A stretch of DNA of 64,000 nt from Octopus vulgaris (taxonomy: Eukaryota), in contig OX597833.1 in the NCBI GenBank assembly GCA_951406725.2, forward strand, positions 54,622,001 through 54,686,000. The letters are read 5' to 3'. The notes under the pieces were generated by a model. That model worked only from the letters and a program-made list of their open reading frames with translations, did no database searches and was not told the DNA's origin. Shown here one piece after another: positions 45,375 through 57,817 of this stretch; the stretch's first letter is position 1, and each line of letters opens with the position of its first letter. Position numbers and translations under genes: made by a program.

Positions 45375-45965
45375 GAAGTGGAGGGGGGAGGAAGAAGAGG
45401 ATGAGGGGGAAGAGGAGGGGAGGAAGAAGAGGAGGATGAGGAAGGAGAGAATGAAGAGGAAGAGGAGGGGAGGAAGAAGAAGAGGAAGCGGAAGAAGAGG
45501 AGGAAGGGAGGAAGAGGAAGGGATGAAGAAGAGGAGAAGGAGGAAGAAGAAGAGGATGAGGAAGAGGAGGGGAGGAAGAAGATGAGGAGGAAGGGGAGGG
45601 GAGGAAGAAGAAGATGAGGAGGAAGGGGAGGAGAGGTAGGGGAGGGAGGAAGAAGAAGATGAGGAGGAAGGGGGGGAAGGGGAGGGGAGGAGGCAGGGGG
45701 AGGAAGAAGAGGAGGAGGAGAAGGAAGAGAAGGGAGAGGAGGGGGAGGAGGAGGAAGAAGAAGAGGAGGAGGAAGAGGAGGAAGAAGAAGAAGAAGAAGT
45801 GGTGGTGGTGGCAGTGGTGGAGGAAGAAGAAGCAGATAGAGAGGAAAAAGAAGGAGGTGGAGGGAGAAAGAAGGAGGAGAGAAGTGGCGGAGGAAGAGGA
45901 GGAAGAAGGAGAAGGAGGAGGGAGAGGGAGAGATGAAGAGTAGGAGGAAGAGGAGGAGGAGAGAA
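45375..45965. repeat. ~600-bp polypurine (GAG/GAA/GGA) tract
   Basis: Directly visible. Confidence 0.9.
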
Positions 45966-46480
45966 ATGACTGAATTTGGCTGAAAGTATCTTCTTTGAGC
46001 AATATGTGCATGTAAGTGTATGCATGTGTGTGTGTGCATGCGTGTATGTGTGTGTGTGTGTGTGCGTACACAAAAGACTTATGAATATTGAATAAGAAGT
46101 TGGATTCTATCCACCTAAATGATGTCCACCAGCCATTTTCAGTCATGGCCTAACATATTCCTTTCCTCATAATATGTGTCAAAGAATAAAATATATTTTT
46201 ATCTATGTTTTTGTTTCTTTTGGTTATATAATTCATTTTTCTTTTTTTCTTTTTTTTTTTTTGCTATAGCTGGTCCCTTCTCAGATCTTTCTCCAGTATT
46301 CTTTCCTTTGCTGGAACATATTCAACTCTGTTCGAGTTTTATTGTCAAAAAGTCAGTAAAGTCCAACCCTTGCCTACTTTTTTATGCTTTCAAACTTTCT
46401 GTTTGGATTGAACTGTACAGTATTATCCAATTCGGAAAACTGAAATGGTTTATATGTATAAATATATGTATATACATACA

Positions 46481-46595
<115 letters not shown>

Positions 46596-46627
46596 GATAT
46601 ATATACATATATATATATATGTATATG

Positions 46628-46686
<59 letters not shown>

Positions 46687-47199
46687 TCATCATCATCGTT
46701 TAACGTCCATTCTCCATGCTAGCATGGGTTGGACGGTTCGACCGGGGATCTGGGAAGCCTGAAGGCTGCACCAGGCTCCGGTCTTATCTGGCAATGTTTC
46801 TACAGCTGGATGCCCTTCCTAACGCCAACCACTCCGTGAGTGTAGTGGGTGCTTTTTACATGCCATATATATATATATATACACAGATATATATATATAT
46901 ATGAATAAATAAATGGAGTTTAATGCAGGTGTAAATCAAATATTTTTACTTTCGACACATGTTTTGAAAATTCCACTGATACTATTCAAAAGAATAAATG
47001 GTATAAACAATGCAATCTTCTCTTCAGAGGTAGCCATTATGGAATGGAATATGGTGACTGCTCTCTATTGTCGAAGTTGAATAGACACAGACACACACAT
47101 ACACAAACAAGGTAAAAATACACTCATCTATATATATATATATGTGTGTGTGTATATGTGTATATATACATACATGACTAGATAGAAAAATAGATATAG

Positions 47200-47244
<45 letters not shown>

Positions 47245-47470
47245 TAATCAAAGTGTACAACATTATGTGTCCATTAAAACCGATCTTACTAATTGGTTAC
47301 GTAACAATCCAATTATGGAATGGAATATGGTGACTGCTCTCTATTGTCAAAGTTGAATAGACACAGACACACACATACACAAACACACTGCTGTCTCCTT
47401 TTGCACTTCTTGCTGTGAAGTTAAATTCATCTGGGACCCTTGAGAGTAAGAGATCTAATCCAGATGTGTT

Positions 47471-47506
47471 CTTTTACGTTTCGAGCCTATGCTCTTCAAC
47501 AGAAAG
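47471..47506 (-). ncRNA. Minimal hammerhead motif, CUGUUGA core
   Basis: cttt-CTGTTGA-a-gagc(atag)gctc-GAA-acgt-a-aaag. Confidence 0.65.
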
Positions 47507-47560
47507 GGACACAGAAAAAACAAGGAGAGAAAAAAATGTGTGTAGTGGCTAACAATCTAT

Positions 47561-47774
47561 TACTCTCTTTTACTCTTTTACTTGTTTCAGTCATTTGACA
47601 GCGGCCATGCTGGAGCACCGCCTTTAGTCGAGCAAATCGACCCCGGGACTTATTCTTTGTAAGCCCAGTACTTATTCTATCGGTCTCTTTTTGTCGAACG
47701 ACTAAGTGACAGGGACATAAACACACCAGCATCGGTTGTCAAGCAATGCTAGAGGGACAAACACAGACACACAA

Positions 47775-47815
<41 letters not shown>

Positions 47816-48378
47816 GATAGATAGATATAGATATACATATATACGACAGGCTTCTTTCAGTTTCTGTCTACCAAATCCACTCACAAGGCATTGGTCGGCC
47901 CGGGGCTATAGCAGAAGACAATTGCCCAAGATGCCACGCAGTGGGACTGAACCCGGAACCATGTGGTTTGTTAGCAAGCTACTTACCACACAGCCACTCC
48001 TATTTTATTCTTTTTTGTACTATCTCATGTAGGCATGTACATATATGTGTGGAAATATCTATAGGTGTGTGTATATAAGTATATAGTGAAGGCACGTGGC
48101 TTAGTGGTTAGGGCATTCAGCTCATGATCATAAGGTTGTGAGTTCAATTCCTGGTGACGGGTTATGTCCTTGAGCAAGACATTTTATTTTATGTTGCTCC
48201 AGCTCACTAAGTTGGCAAAAATGAGTAGTACCTGTATTTCAATGGGCCAGCCCTGTCACATTCTATGTCATGCTGAATCTCCCTGAGAACTACATTAAGA
48301 GCACACATGTCTGTGGAGTGCTCAGCCACTTGCACATTAATTTCACGAGCAAGCTGTTCTGTTGGACCCTTGGGGACC
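47561..48378. mobile_element. SINE family B (-, 47561-48001) and family E (+, 48088-48378)
   Basis: Family motifs. Confidence 0.85.
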
Positions 48379-48489
48379 CTTTATACGTATATATGCGTTT
48401 GTAAGGATGCACACCCTCTTATGTGTGTGTGTGTGAACACATATGCATGTATACACAAAAATATGTATGTGTGTGTGAGTATATGTATC

Positions 48490-48528
<39 letters not shown>

Positions 48529-48681
48529 AGGTTTGGAGATGATGCGTAGGTATGATATATTAGAAGAAATGAGGTACTCAGAGTAACTGCAAACATTATC
48601 ATTAAAATAAAAATTATCCCCTCAAAAGCTACCTCTACTTATTTTTTACAAATATATATATGTCTGTATATATGTATATAC

Positions 48682-48730
<49 letters not shown>

Positions 48731-48754
48731 ATCTATTTAAACATATATATATGT

Positions 48755-48908
48755 GTTTCTCTCCTTGTTTTTTCTGTCCCTTTCTGTAGAAGAGCGTAGG
48801 CTCAAAACGTAAAAGACTTTTTCTATTTCTGAGCATTATACTAATACATCTGTTTGTTTTGTACACCACCTGTCTTCGTCTTTTTCTTTTTTCGTAAACT
48901 CTCCCTAT
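48755..48908 (+). mobile_element. Hammerhead-bearing repeat monomer (retrozyme/pLTR-like), G12A copy
   Basis: Reverse complement of the 53.8-54.2 kb unit; motif at 48780-48815 ctttctgtagaagagcgtaggctcaaaacgtaaaag. Confidence 0.7.
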
Positions 48909-48931
48909 ATATATATATGTATATATATATG

Positions 48932-49012
<81 letters not shown>

Positions 49013-49014
49013 GT

Positions 49015-49318
49015 GGAGGCGCAATGGCCAAGTGGTTAGGGCAGCGAACTCGCGGTCGTAGGATCGCGGTTTCGATTCCCAGACCGGGCGTTGTGAGTGT
49101 TTATTGAGCGAAAACACCTAAAAGCTCCACAGGATCCGGCAGGGGGTGGTGATCCCTGCTGTTCTCTTTCACCACTCTTTCTCCCAAACTTTCTTCTGTC
49201 GGCATGCTCACTTAGCCAGCGGGGTGGCATCATTCGAAGGCTAAAACAATGCGAACGCATTGTGACCAGCGATGTGTAACTACATCTGATGGACTGGTCG
49301 GTCACGTGATCACGTGAT
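49015..49318 (+). mobile_element. tRNA-derived SINE, family D
   Basis: ggaggcgcaatggccaagtggttagggc...ggtttcgattccc head; related copy at 56770-57077. Confidence 0.85.
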
Positions 49319-49375
49319 ATGTATATATATATGTATATATATATATGTGTATATATACATATATACATACATATT

Positions 49376-49414
<39 letters not shown>

Positions 49415-50439
49415 TACATATGTGTATACATATGCATGTGTGTGTGTATATATTTATGGGTGAGTGAAAGGAGTATTTGTGTGACCTCATGTCTTGACAG
49501 AAAGAGACAGTTGTAACCAAGTGTTACCATCACACATGTGGTATCATTCATTTTTAACCGTCTGTTAAAACATGTTCGTTCATGGAAATATATTACCTAG
49601 CTTGGAAACAAGTGACAGTTGACAAAAAGAAAGGCATTCACTCATAGAAAATATATATCACAAGCATGCATTGAGAATCAGAGCTTACCTAGATTTACAA
49701 TTCATAGTGATTCAGATTAATTAAATCAGTACAACTTACGGAAAGTTTTATCTCAATTAATGAAAAAAAAAAAAGATTGTGAATCCATATGCTAATAAAG
49801 GTGACTTACTTTCCCTTTACTTTATCTATACACACTGAACTAAATATGTTTATTTGAATGGATTCTCTTGATGTGAATGATGTTGAAAGGCTTTGTAGCT
49901 GAAACATTGCAAGCTATATTTTTATCAAGCTATGGTCATCTCATAAACTGGAGGCATTCATTTGAATAATTTTTATCTTTGTTCCCACACTAAAAACTCG
50001 TGCTTAAGAGAACTGTTTAAATACCATGCAGATGAGTTTTTCCCCCATAACTTTACTTACAAGCTTTGCTATCATCTCATATTCTTTCTTTTATTTATTG
50101 TTTATAAAGCTGTTATATGTACACTAGCTCTTTTATCTATACCTTCATTATGAATAGGTTTTTTATTTTTTGAATAATTGTCCCTAGTTGGGTCTTTAGA
50201 CTGTGTTTATGTTTCAATTTGGCCCACAAAGCTTAACATGTTTGAGACACTCTGCTCTATGCAATTTCTCAGTCTGTAAGAAATAACAGCCAAACCTCTG
50301 TAACAGGATCAGAAGTCCCTGCACTGAATGGGTGCAGCTCGTATCCTTTACATTAAACTATTAATCGAAGGAAAAAGTCAAAACTTCCAGTTAACTTCAA
50401 CAGCATAAATATTTTTTATTTCTGGATTCCCAATATATA

Positions 50440-50740
50440 CATTCTTCTTTAAGGGCGAATCGGTGGCCTTGGAGCTCATCGCAGTAGTCAAGTGGAATGA
50501 GCCAAATCCGGTCCGTTCAAGCATAGTGGAGAAATGCCACGAGGTAGCAGCTTGAGAGAGCTGCTAAAACACAACTGTCCTGTTCGGCTGCCCGCATTCG
50601 AGAGGATGATACGAGGGAAATTTCATTGCTGCTAGTTTTCTGCGCATGTGCATGAGGGAACTTCCGGCAGGCCTCCCGGAAGAATCCAACTCTGCGCATG
50701 CATGCTGGAGATTTCCAAGATGGCGTCACTACACCTCTTA
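50440..50740. promoter_or_regulatory. CpG-retaining promoter-like island with NRF1, ETS/GABP and YY1 motifs
   Basis: tgcgcatgtgca (50641), acttccgg (50660), ccggaag (50676), tgcgcatgcatg (50693), caagatggcg (50716), in sequence not repeated elsewhere in the window. Confidence 0.6.
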
Positions 50741-51196
50741 TAAATCACAGCCTGTTCATTTTGAACAAGAAACAATATGGTTCCAGTCATACTACAAACA
50801 AAATAAAATGAACAGTCACACAAAACAACTACACCCATATGTATACTTGTTCATAGTTGAGCGCATTCAAAATAACAACAGCAGCAGTAAAAACAACAAC
50901 ATTATAACAGAATATTACACTTCAATTCTCTCAGTTTTTAATATCAAAACACTCTTTTGGAAATCTGAAAAACAGGAAAGAAAGAGATAGAATAATTGAA
51001 GTGAAATTCCTCCATGTAATTTTCAAGCAAACAAGTCAGCATAGTATATAATGTAAGCATGTGTGCATGTAAACATGTAGACATGTAAACATGTAGAACC
51101 CCCTTTACAAACCCTGCTGCATTGCACATGGAATTTTTGGTCCCCCAACCGAACTTTAACCCTTTAGCATTTAAATTAGCAAGATCTGATTAGTAT

Positions 51197-51362
51197 AGGC
51201 GGAGGAGTGGCTGTGTGGTAAGTAGCTTGCTTACGAACTACATAGTTCCGGGTTCAGTCCCACTGCATGGCACCTTGGGCAAGTGTCTTCTGCTATAGCC
51301 TCAGGCTGACCAAAGCCTTGTGAGTGGATTTGGTAGACGGAAACTGAAAGAAACCGGTCGTA

Positions 51363-51406
<44 letters not shown>

Positions 51407-51530
51407 CATGTGTGTATACGTTTTGTCTGTCTGTGTTTGTCCCCTCCAACATCGCTTGATAACAGATACTGGAGTGTTTACATCCCCGTAACTTAGCGAT
51501 TCGGCAAAAGAGACCAATGGAATAAGTACT
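51197..51530 (+). mobile_element. SINE family B, 3' truncated
   Basis: Family motifs. Confidence 0.85.
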
Positions 51531-51560
51531 TGACCTTAATTAATTTTCGAACCTTATAAA

Positions 51561-51601
<41 letters not shown>

Positions 51602-51802
51602 ATGAGATCCCACACAATTTTCGCCTACTAAGACACTTACCGAAGGGACTGCAGTGGGACTGAACCCAAAGACACATCACTGAAAATCAAGCCTTTTAAC
51701 CACACAGCCATACCTGCACCAAATATAAGAACTAATTTGATATATAAAAAAATAAAGAGTGAACTATAACAGCAAAATCCTTTGTAAAATAAAAGAATAG
51801 TC

Positions 51803-52221
51803 GGATCTTTTCGATTTGACCGGGAGTTTTTTAAAATAATTTCCACGTAACTAAACACTTTTAAACTTCGTATACTGGTAGAATGTGTTTATAAAACATC
51901 TTTTTCTCTTGGCTTAATTGAGAAAATTTTATAGTTTGTAAGATATTTGTTGTTTCTTTTCTTCAATTTCTGCAATTTCATCCAATCAATGATGTCTATT
52001 GAGGTAAAAAGCATTCTGTGCCGTATGAATATGTCCCTCGTTTAAGAAGCAGATTGGGTTTATTTACATTTCTGAAGAAAAAAATGATACCCTTTCCCCC
52101 ACCCCTAACCCTGACCCTAAAACAGATTGAAATGCAATACATCGATACTAGGGTCATAATTATGGGTGACTATTTCATATGACACCGCTAGAAAAAACTG
52201 CTGTTCAAACCGAAAAGATCT
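51803..52221. mobile_element. Second copy of the MITE with 8-bp TSD
   Basis: TIR ggatcttttcg.../...cgaaaagatct; TSD gaatagtc/gaatcgtc; body matches 6116-6527. Confidence 0.85.
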
Positions 52222-52735
52222 GAATCGTCAAGTAGGATTATCTCCCCTTCTTTTATCTCTAACTGACGTTAACATCTTTGATAAGCTCAATAAACTAGTG
52301 TAGATACAGTTATATAATGTTGCGGATGACAATCAAGAGTCATTTTTTAATGACTGATCTCAAATTGTATGCTACAAAATGACAAACAACTGATAAACTT
52401 GTTACATTTAGCACATTGTTTATTGAAGAAAACTGGCGTAAAATTCAGGTTTGTAAAAACACATCAAGACAACCTTGAAGAAAAGAAAAGAAACTTATAA
52501 AAACTACTATGATGGTAGCTAAAGCAAGAGATAAGAGAATTAGACAAAACACAGACATACAAATATTTAAGAATTAATGAACTATTTTTACAAAAAAAGA
52601 TAAGATACACACGTATATGAATGCATGCATGTGCATGTACACAAACACACACACACACACTCATACACATATATATACATATATTTATGAATAAAAATAT
52701 TTACAAATTTACATATATGTGTGTGTATAAATATA

Positions 52736-52782
<47 letters not shown>

Positions 52783-53581
52783 ATATATATGTATATATAT
52801 ATATTCACCTAGCAGCTATAATCTCGAGCACAGCTAAGTTTGAATGCTTATTTTATTTTTATTTATTTTCACTTCACTTCTCTACCAATAATACATGTTT
52901 TTCTATCTGTTGTTATTTATCTATCTAACTATTGTATCTAATTTCTCCTCTATTAATTCTGCCCGACCAAGTCTCGCTCTATCATCTTTTTTCAACCCTC
53001 GCGTATTTGTCTATCGATCTCTGCCATCTTTGAAGCCTGTTCCCTTAATACACTTCCGCCTTGTCCAAAAATTCCTGTTCCGGTCAATTTCTTTACTTAA
53101 GGCAACAACATGTGCTCTCTCATTCATTCATTCACCTAGCAGCTATAATCTCGAGCACAGCTAAGTTTGAATGCTTATTTTATTTTTATTTATTTTCACT
53201 TCACTTCTCGACCAATCATACATGTTTTTCTATCTGTTGTTATTTATCTATCTAACTATTGTATCTAATTTCTCCTCTATTAATTCTGCCCGACCAAGTC
53301 TCGCTCTATCATCTATTTTCAACCTTCGCGTATTCGCGGTGCACCCACCCTGCCCACCCCCACCACCGATACCGGATATCTCTATATTTTTGCTCCATCT
53401 ATACCGGATGTTGTTTCTCCCACCACCATTATAGGTGTCTACTCTTCGAACCCCCCTCCTCAATACGCTATTTCACCATGCATTACCCTCTTGATATCCT
53501 ACGTTCTACTTGCCTAAGAACCTATCATCATTTCTCTGAACCACCCCTCCCCACTGGTGCTCCCCTATATTTCTGCCCCCC

Positions 53582-53835
53582 ACATAAAAAAAGCACCATC
53601 CGAACGTGGCCGATGCCAGACCCCTCTGGCACCTGTGCAGGTGGCACGTAAAAAACACCCACTACACCCGCGGAGTGGTTGGCGTTAGGAAGGGCATCCA
53701 GCTGTAGAAACACTGCCAGACTAGACTGGAGCCTGGGGCAGTCCCTAGCTCCCCAGACTCCGGTCGAAACCGTCCAACCCATGCTAGCGCGGAAAACGGA
53801 CGTTAAACGATGATGATGATGATGATGATGATGAT
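53582..53835 (+). mobile_element. SINE family C
   Basis: Ends ggacgttaaacgatgatgat. Confidence 0.88.
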
Positions 53836-53836
53836 A

Positions 53837-54236
53837 TATAGGGAGAGTTTACGAAAAAAACAAAAGACGAAGACAGATGGTGTACAAAACAAACAGATGT
53901 ATTAGTATAACGCTCAGGAATAGAAAAAGTCTTTTACGTTTTGAGCCCACGCTCTTCTACAGAAAGGGACACAGAACAAAACAAGGAGAGTAAAAAAATG
54001 TGTGTAGTGGCTAACGATCTATCATGGCCATATACATATACATATACATATATATATATAGGGAGAGTTTACGAAAAAAACAAAAGACGAAGACAGGTGG
54101 TGTACAAAACTAACAGATGTATTAGTATGACGCTCAGGAATAGAAAAAGTCTTTTACGTTTCGAGCCTACGCTCTTCTACAGAAAGGGACACAGAAAAAA
54201 CAAGAGCAAAAAATGTGTGTAGTGGCTACCGATCTA
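53837..54236 (-). mobile_element. Head-to-tail dimer of a ~220-bp hammerhead-bearing repeat (retrozyme/Penelope pLTR-like)
   Basis: Two units with hammerhead motifs at 53931-53966 and 54151-54186, 220 bp apart. Confidence 0.75.
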
Positions 54237-54473
54237 TATATATTTTATATATATTTTATTCTTTTATTTTTTTATTTGCTTCAAGTCATTGGATTGCAGC
54301 CATGCTGGAGCACTGCCTTTAGTCGAGCAAACTGACCTCAGGACTTATTCTTTGTAAGCCTAGTACTTATTCTATTGGTCGTTTTTGCCGAACCGCTAAG
54401 TTACAGGGATGTAAATACACCAGCATCAATTGTCAAGCGATGTTGGTGGGGACAAACATAGGCACGCAAACAT

Positions 54474-54501
<28 letters not shown>

Positions 54502-54505
<4 letters not shown>

Positions 54506-54807
54506 TAATAGTTATCACCGAGCTAATTTGCCAGTCCAGAAATATAGGATGAATGCTGCTGTTGATTAGCTCCAAGTGGCCATCTCCTCTAGCTAGCTAT
54601 GTGACACACAAACCTGTGTCCATTATAACCTTCGAACAGGGGAGGTCAGCCGCTTTCCCTTGCTGGTCAGGCATCTGAAGACTAGTTTCAGGGTATTTGC
54701 CCCTTATCATAGCTAGCTATAGGCGATGGCCTCTTAGAGCTAAACAACGGCAGCATTTGTCCTATATTTCTGGACTGCCATATTAGCTTGGCAATAACTA
54801 TTAATAT
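54502..54807. repeat. Imperfect fold-back with ~100-bp arms, inside a family B SINE (54255-55045, - strand)
   Basis: atattaatagttat...ctagctagctatg mirrored by catagctagctat...ataactattaatat. Confidence 0.85.
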
Positions 54808-55927
54808 CCAGTACCGCTGCTGTAGTCTCCTTTAGAGAGACTTAGAAATTTTAATATTGTTATATATATATATACACACACGACGAGCTTTTTTTCAGTT
54901 TCCGTCTACCAAATCCACTCACGAGGCTTTGGTCAGCCCAAGGCTATAGTAGAAGACACTTGACCAAGGTGCCATGCAGTGGGACTGAACCCAGACCCAT
55001 GTGGTTAGTAAGCCAGCTTCTTACCACACAGCCACTCCTGCACCTGTATGTATGTATATACAAGCATATACACATATTTATATATGTGAGTGTGTATGTC
55101 TCTACGTTTGAGTTTACAAACATGAGGAAAAGTACTTCATACAAAATTATAGTGTAAGCATTCATTGTAGCCCTGAGATTACTCTGTGTTACCACTCAAA
55201 GGTTTATATTTTACTGCACATCTTGACACATGATTAAAATAGATGAGAAATGGTTGTTCATTACATAAAATATATAGATAGATCTGTCATTGACTTGAAA
55301 GTTTGATAATATACAAATAGAATATGAAACAATTGAAAATTGATGGGAAAATATAACATACATACATACATATATATATAAATATATATATGTATATATA
55401 CACGTATATGTGTATGTATGTGTGTATATATATATATATGTATGTGTGTGTATATATATATATATTCCTAACTTGTGTTTCTTTCTTTCTCTCCATTGTA
55501 GCTGGAACCAGGAAGACGTGTTCTTGTCTGTCTCCTGTCCAAGCTTGATTTACATGTTCGTCACCACAACTTCCTGTTTCTTTTCACTGTCCTGTTTGTG
55601 TTACCAATTTCGACCCTCTGCAAAATCCCAAATTTTATTTAATTTGCTTTGCAGGAGCAACTGTTTTATTAAAAGCGTATATTGTTGTTAAATGCTTGAA
55701 ATATGAGAGTAGGAAAACAGCCAACAACTGATGAAGGGTCGTTCTTTATGTTGTTTGTTTTTTTTCTCTGTTGTGTCTTTCATTGTTTGAAAAAATAGTT
55801 CATATTACATGTACTCATACTTCGTATATTTTTTTTGTTGTACATGTTTTATGACATCCTGTGCCGACATATGCCTATATATATATATACGTATAGATGT
55901 AAGTATGTACATATACATATGTATATA

Positions 55928-55961
<34 letters not shown>

Positions 55962-56046
55962 ATGTAGGATGAAATTTTTTTCGAAAGAAAAAAATTTTAT
56001 CAGTGGCCAGCATATTAAAAAATACCTTTAACAGTTAAAATTATAA

Positions 56047-56314
56047 ACAACTTATAAATAAGGGCAAACAAAAAAATTTCTAATGCCAAATATGCCGAAA
56101 AATTGGACATATTGTCCATTACCATATAATTTTTCACAATACGCACACTACTCAAAACAAAGCCGACAGAAATTTCTAAAAAAATTTTTTAGAAATTTTT
56201 TAGAAATTTTTGTCAGCATGCGTATTGTGAAAAATTATATGGTAATGGACATTATGTCCAATTTTTCGGCATATTTGGCATTAGAAATTTTTTCGTTTGC
56301 CCTTATTTATAAGT

Positions 56315-56317
<3 letters not shown>
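56047..56317. repeat. Fold-back palindrome with ~100-bp outer arms and a nested inner stem
   Basis: 56047-56144 vs 56219-56317; inner stem 56162-56187 vs 56193-56217. Confidence 0.9.
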
Positions 56318-56354
<37 letters not shown>

Positions 56355-56393
56355 CATTATATATATATTATATCATTATATATATATTATATC

Positions 56394-56427
<34 letters not shown>

Positions 56428-56769
56428 GTACTGTTCAGTGATAGAAAATTCAACAAAAAATGTCCTCTATCTGGTGAGAGGTAAATATTATTTATTTATC
56501 TAATACATATACAAGGGGGTGCTGTAAAGTTTCTGGCTTTCCATGAAAGAAAATACAGGAGGATCAGTTAACTATGATTTATATTCAAGATATTCCCCTC
56601 TCAGATTCACACACTTGTTACAGTGGTCCTTTATTTTGCCTAAGTCCCATAAAAGAACTCGGAAGTTTGGGCCTCCAGCCAGAACATTTGGGATACCCTC
56701 AGTGCCAAGAACTGTTCAGTGCCTCTTTGTATATGACAATTCTTTTTGAGTTCATTGAAACAATAATGT

Positions 56770-57077
56770 TTTGTTGTTTGTTCCTCCTTGAGCCATGCCT
56801 GGCTCATAAGGGCCAGTTTCCCGGTTTCTTGGCGTATAGGTTCCCCACCTGGACAGGACGCTGGTCCGTCGCAGGTGAGCTGCAAGATGCAGGAAGAAAG
56901 AGTGAGAGATAGTTGTGGCGAAAGAGTCAGCAGAGGTTCGCCATTACCTTCTGCCGGAGCCGCGTGGAGCTTAAGTGTTTCGCTCATAAACACACACATT
57001 ACCCGGTCTGAGATTCGAACCCGCGATCTCTCGACCGCGAGTCCGCTGCTCTAACCACTAGGCCATGTGCCTCCACT
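56770..57077 (-). mobile_element. SINE family D variant
   Basis: tRNA-like head (gggttcgaatctc); TSD aaacaataatgt at 56758-56769 and 57078-57089. Confidence 0.85.
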
Positions 57078-57528
57078 AAACAATAATGTGCTTTTCAATG
57101 TGTTGCAGTGAATATCTAAGATAGCACATGGGTGAGATACATATATTTTATATACTAAATGCATTTTAAAAAATTTTCCTATTTAGAATTTCACTTTTCC
57201 AGACATGATGGCACGGTGATATTGATCAGTTCCAATAATTCTAACTTAAACCGATTCAGAAAAGGCATAATAGATGTATCTAGAAAATGTAGCGTAAAAA
57301 AATTACATTCACTACTAATGTCAAATTTGAGAATTTCTTGTGAATCACTTTAAATCTAAATGCAAATAAATACCTTCTTTATTAAAATTCCAATGTAAAT
57401 TTCCTGTATTTAAATAAACTATCTAATCCTTACCCACAGTGTTGGAACATTAGCAAATGTATTCCTAAAGTGTGTTTTGATGGAAAGTCTTTCAACCAAG
57501 CCATTTAATATAATAATAATGTTTAATA

Positions 57529-57694
57529 AGGCATAGGAGTGGCTGTGTGGTAAGTAGCTTGCTTCCCAACCACATGGTTCCGGGTTCAGTTCCACTTCGT
57601 GGCACCTTGAGCAAGTGTCTTCTACAATAGCCTCGAGTCAACCAAAGCCTTGTGAGTGGATTTGGTAGACGGAAACTGAAAGAAGCCCATCATA

Positions 57695-57748
<54 letters not shown>

Positions 57749-57760
57749 TTTATATATATA

Positions 57761-57817
<57 letters not shown>

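Noticed and set aside
45303-46146. Long S/P/L-rich ORFs
   Set aside because: Translation of the polypurine tract
49015-49090. tRNA gene
   Set aside because: No convincing acceptor stem or terminator; it continues into a multi-copy SINE body
55725-55760. ctgatgaaggg hammerhead-like start
   Set aside because: No GAAA or stem III downstream
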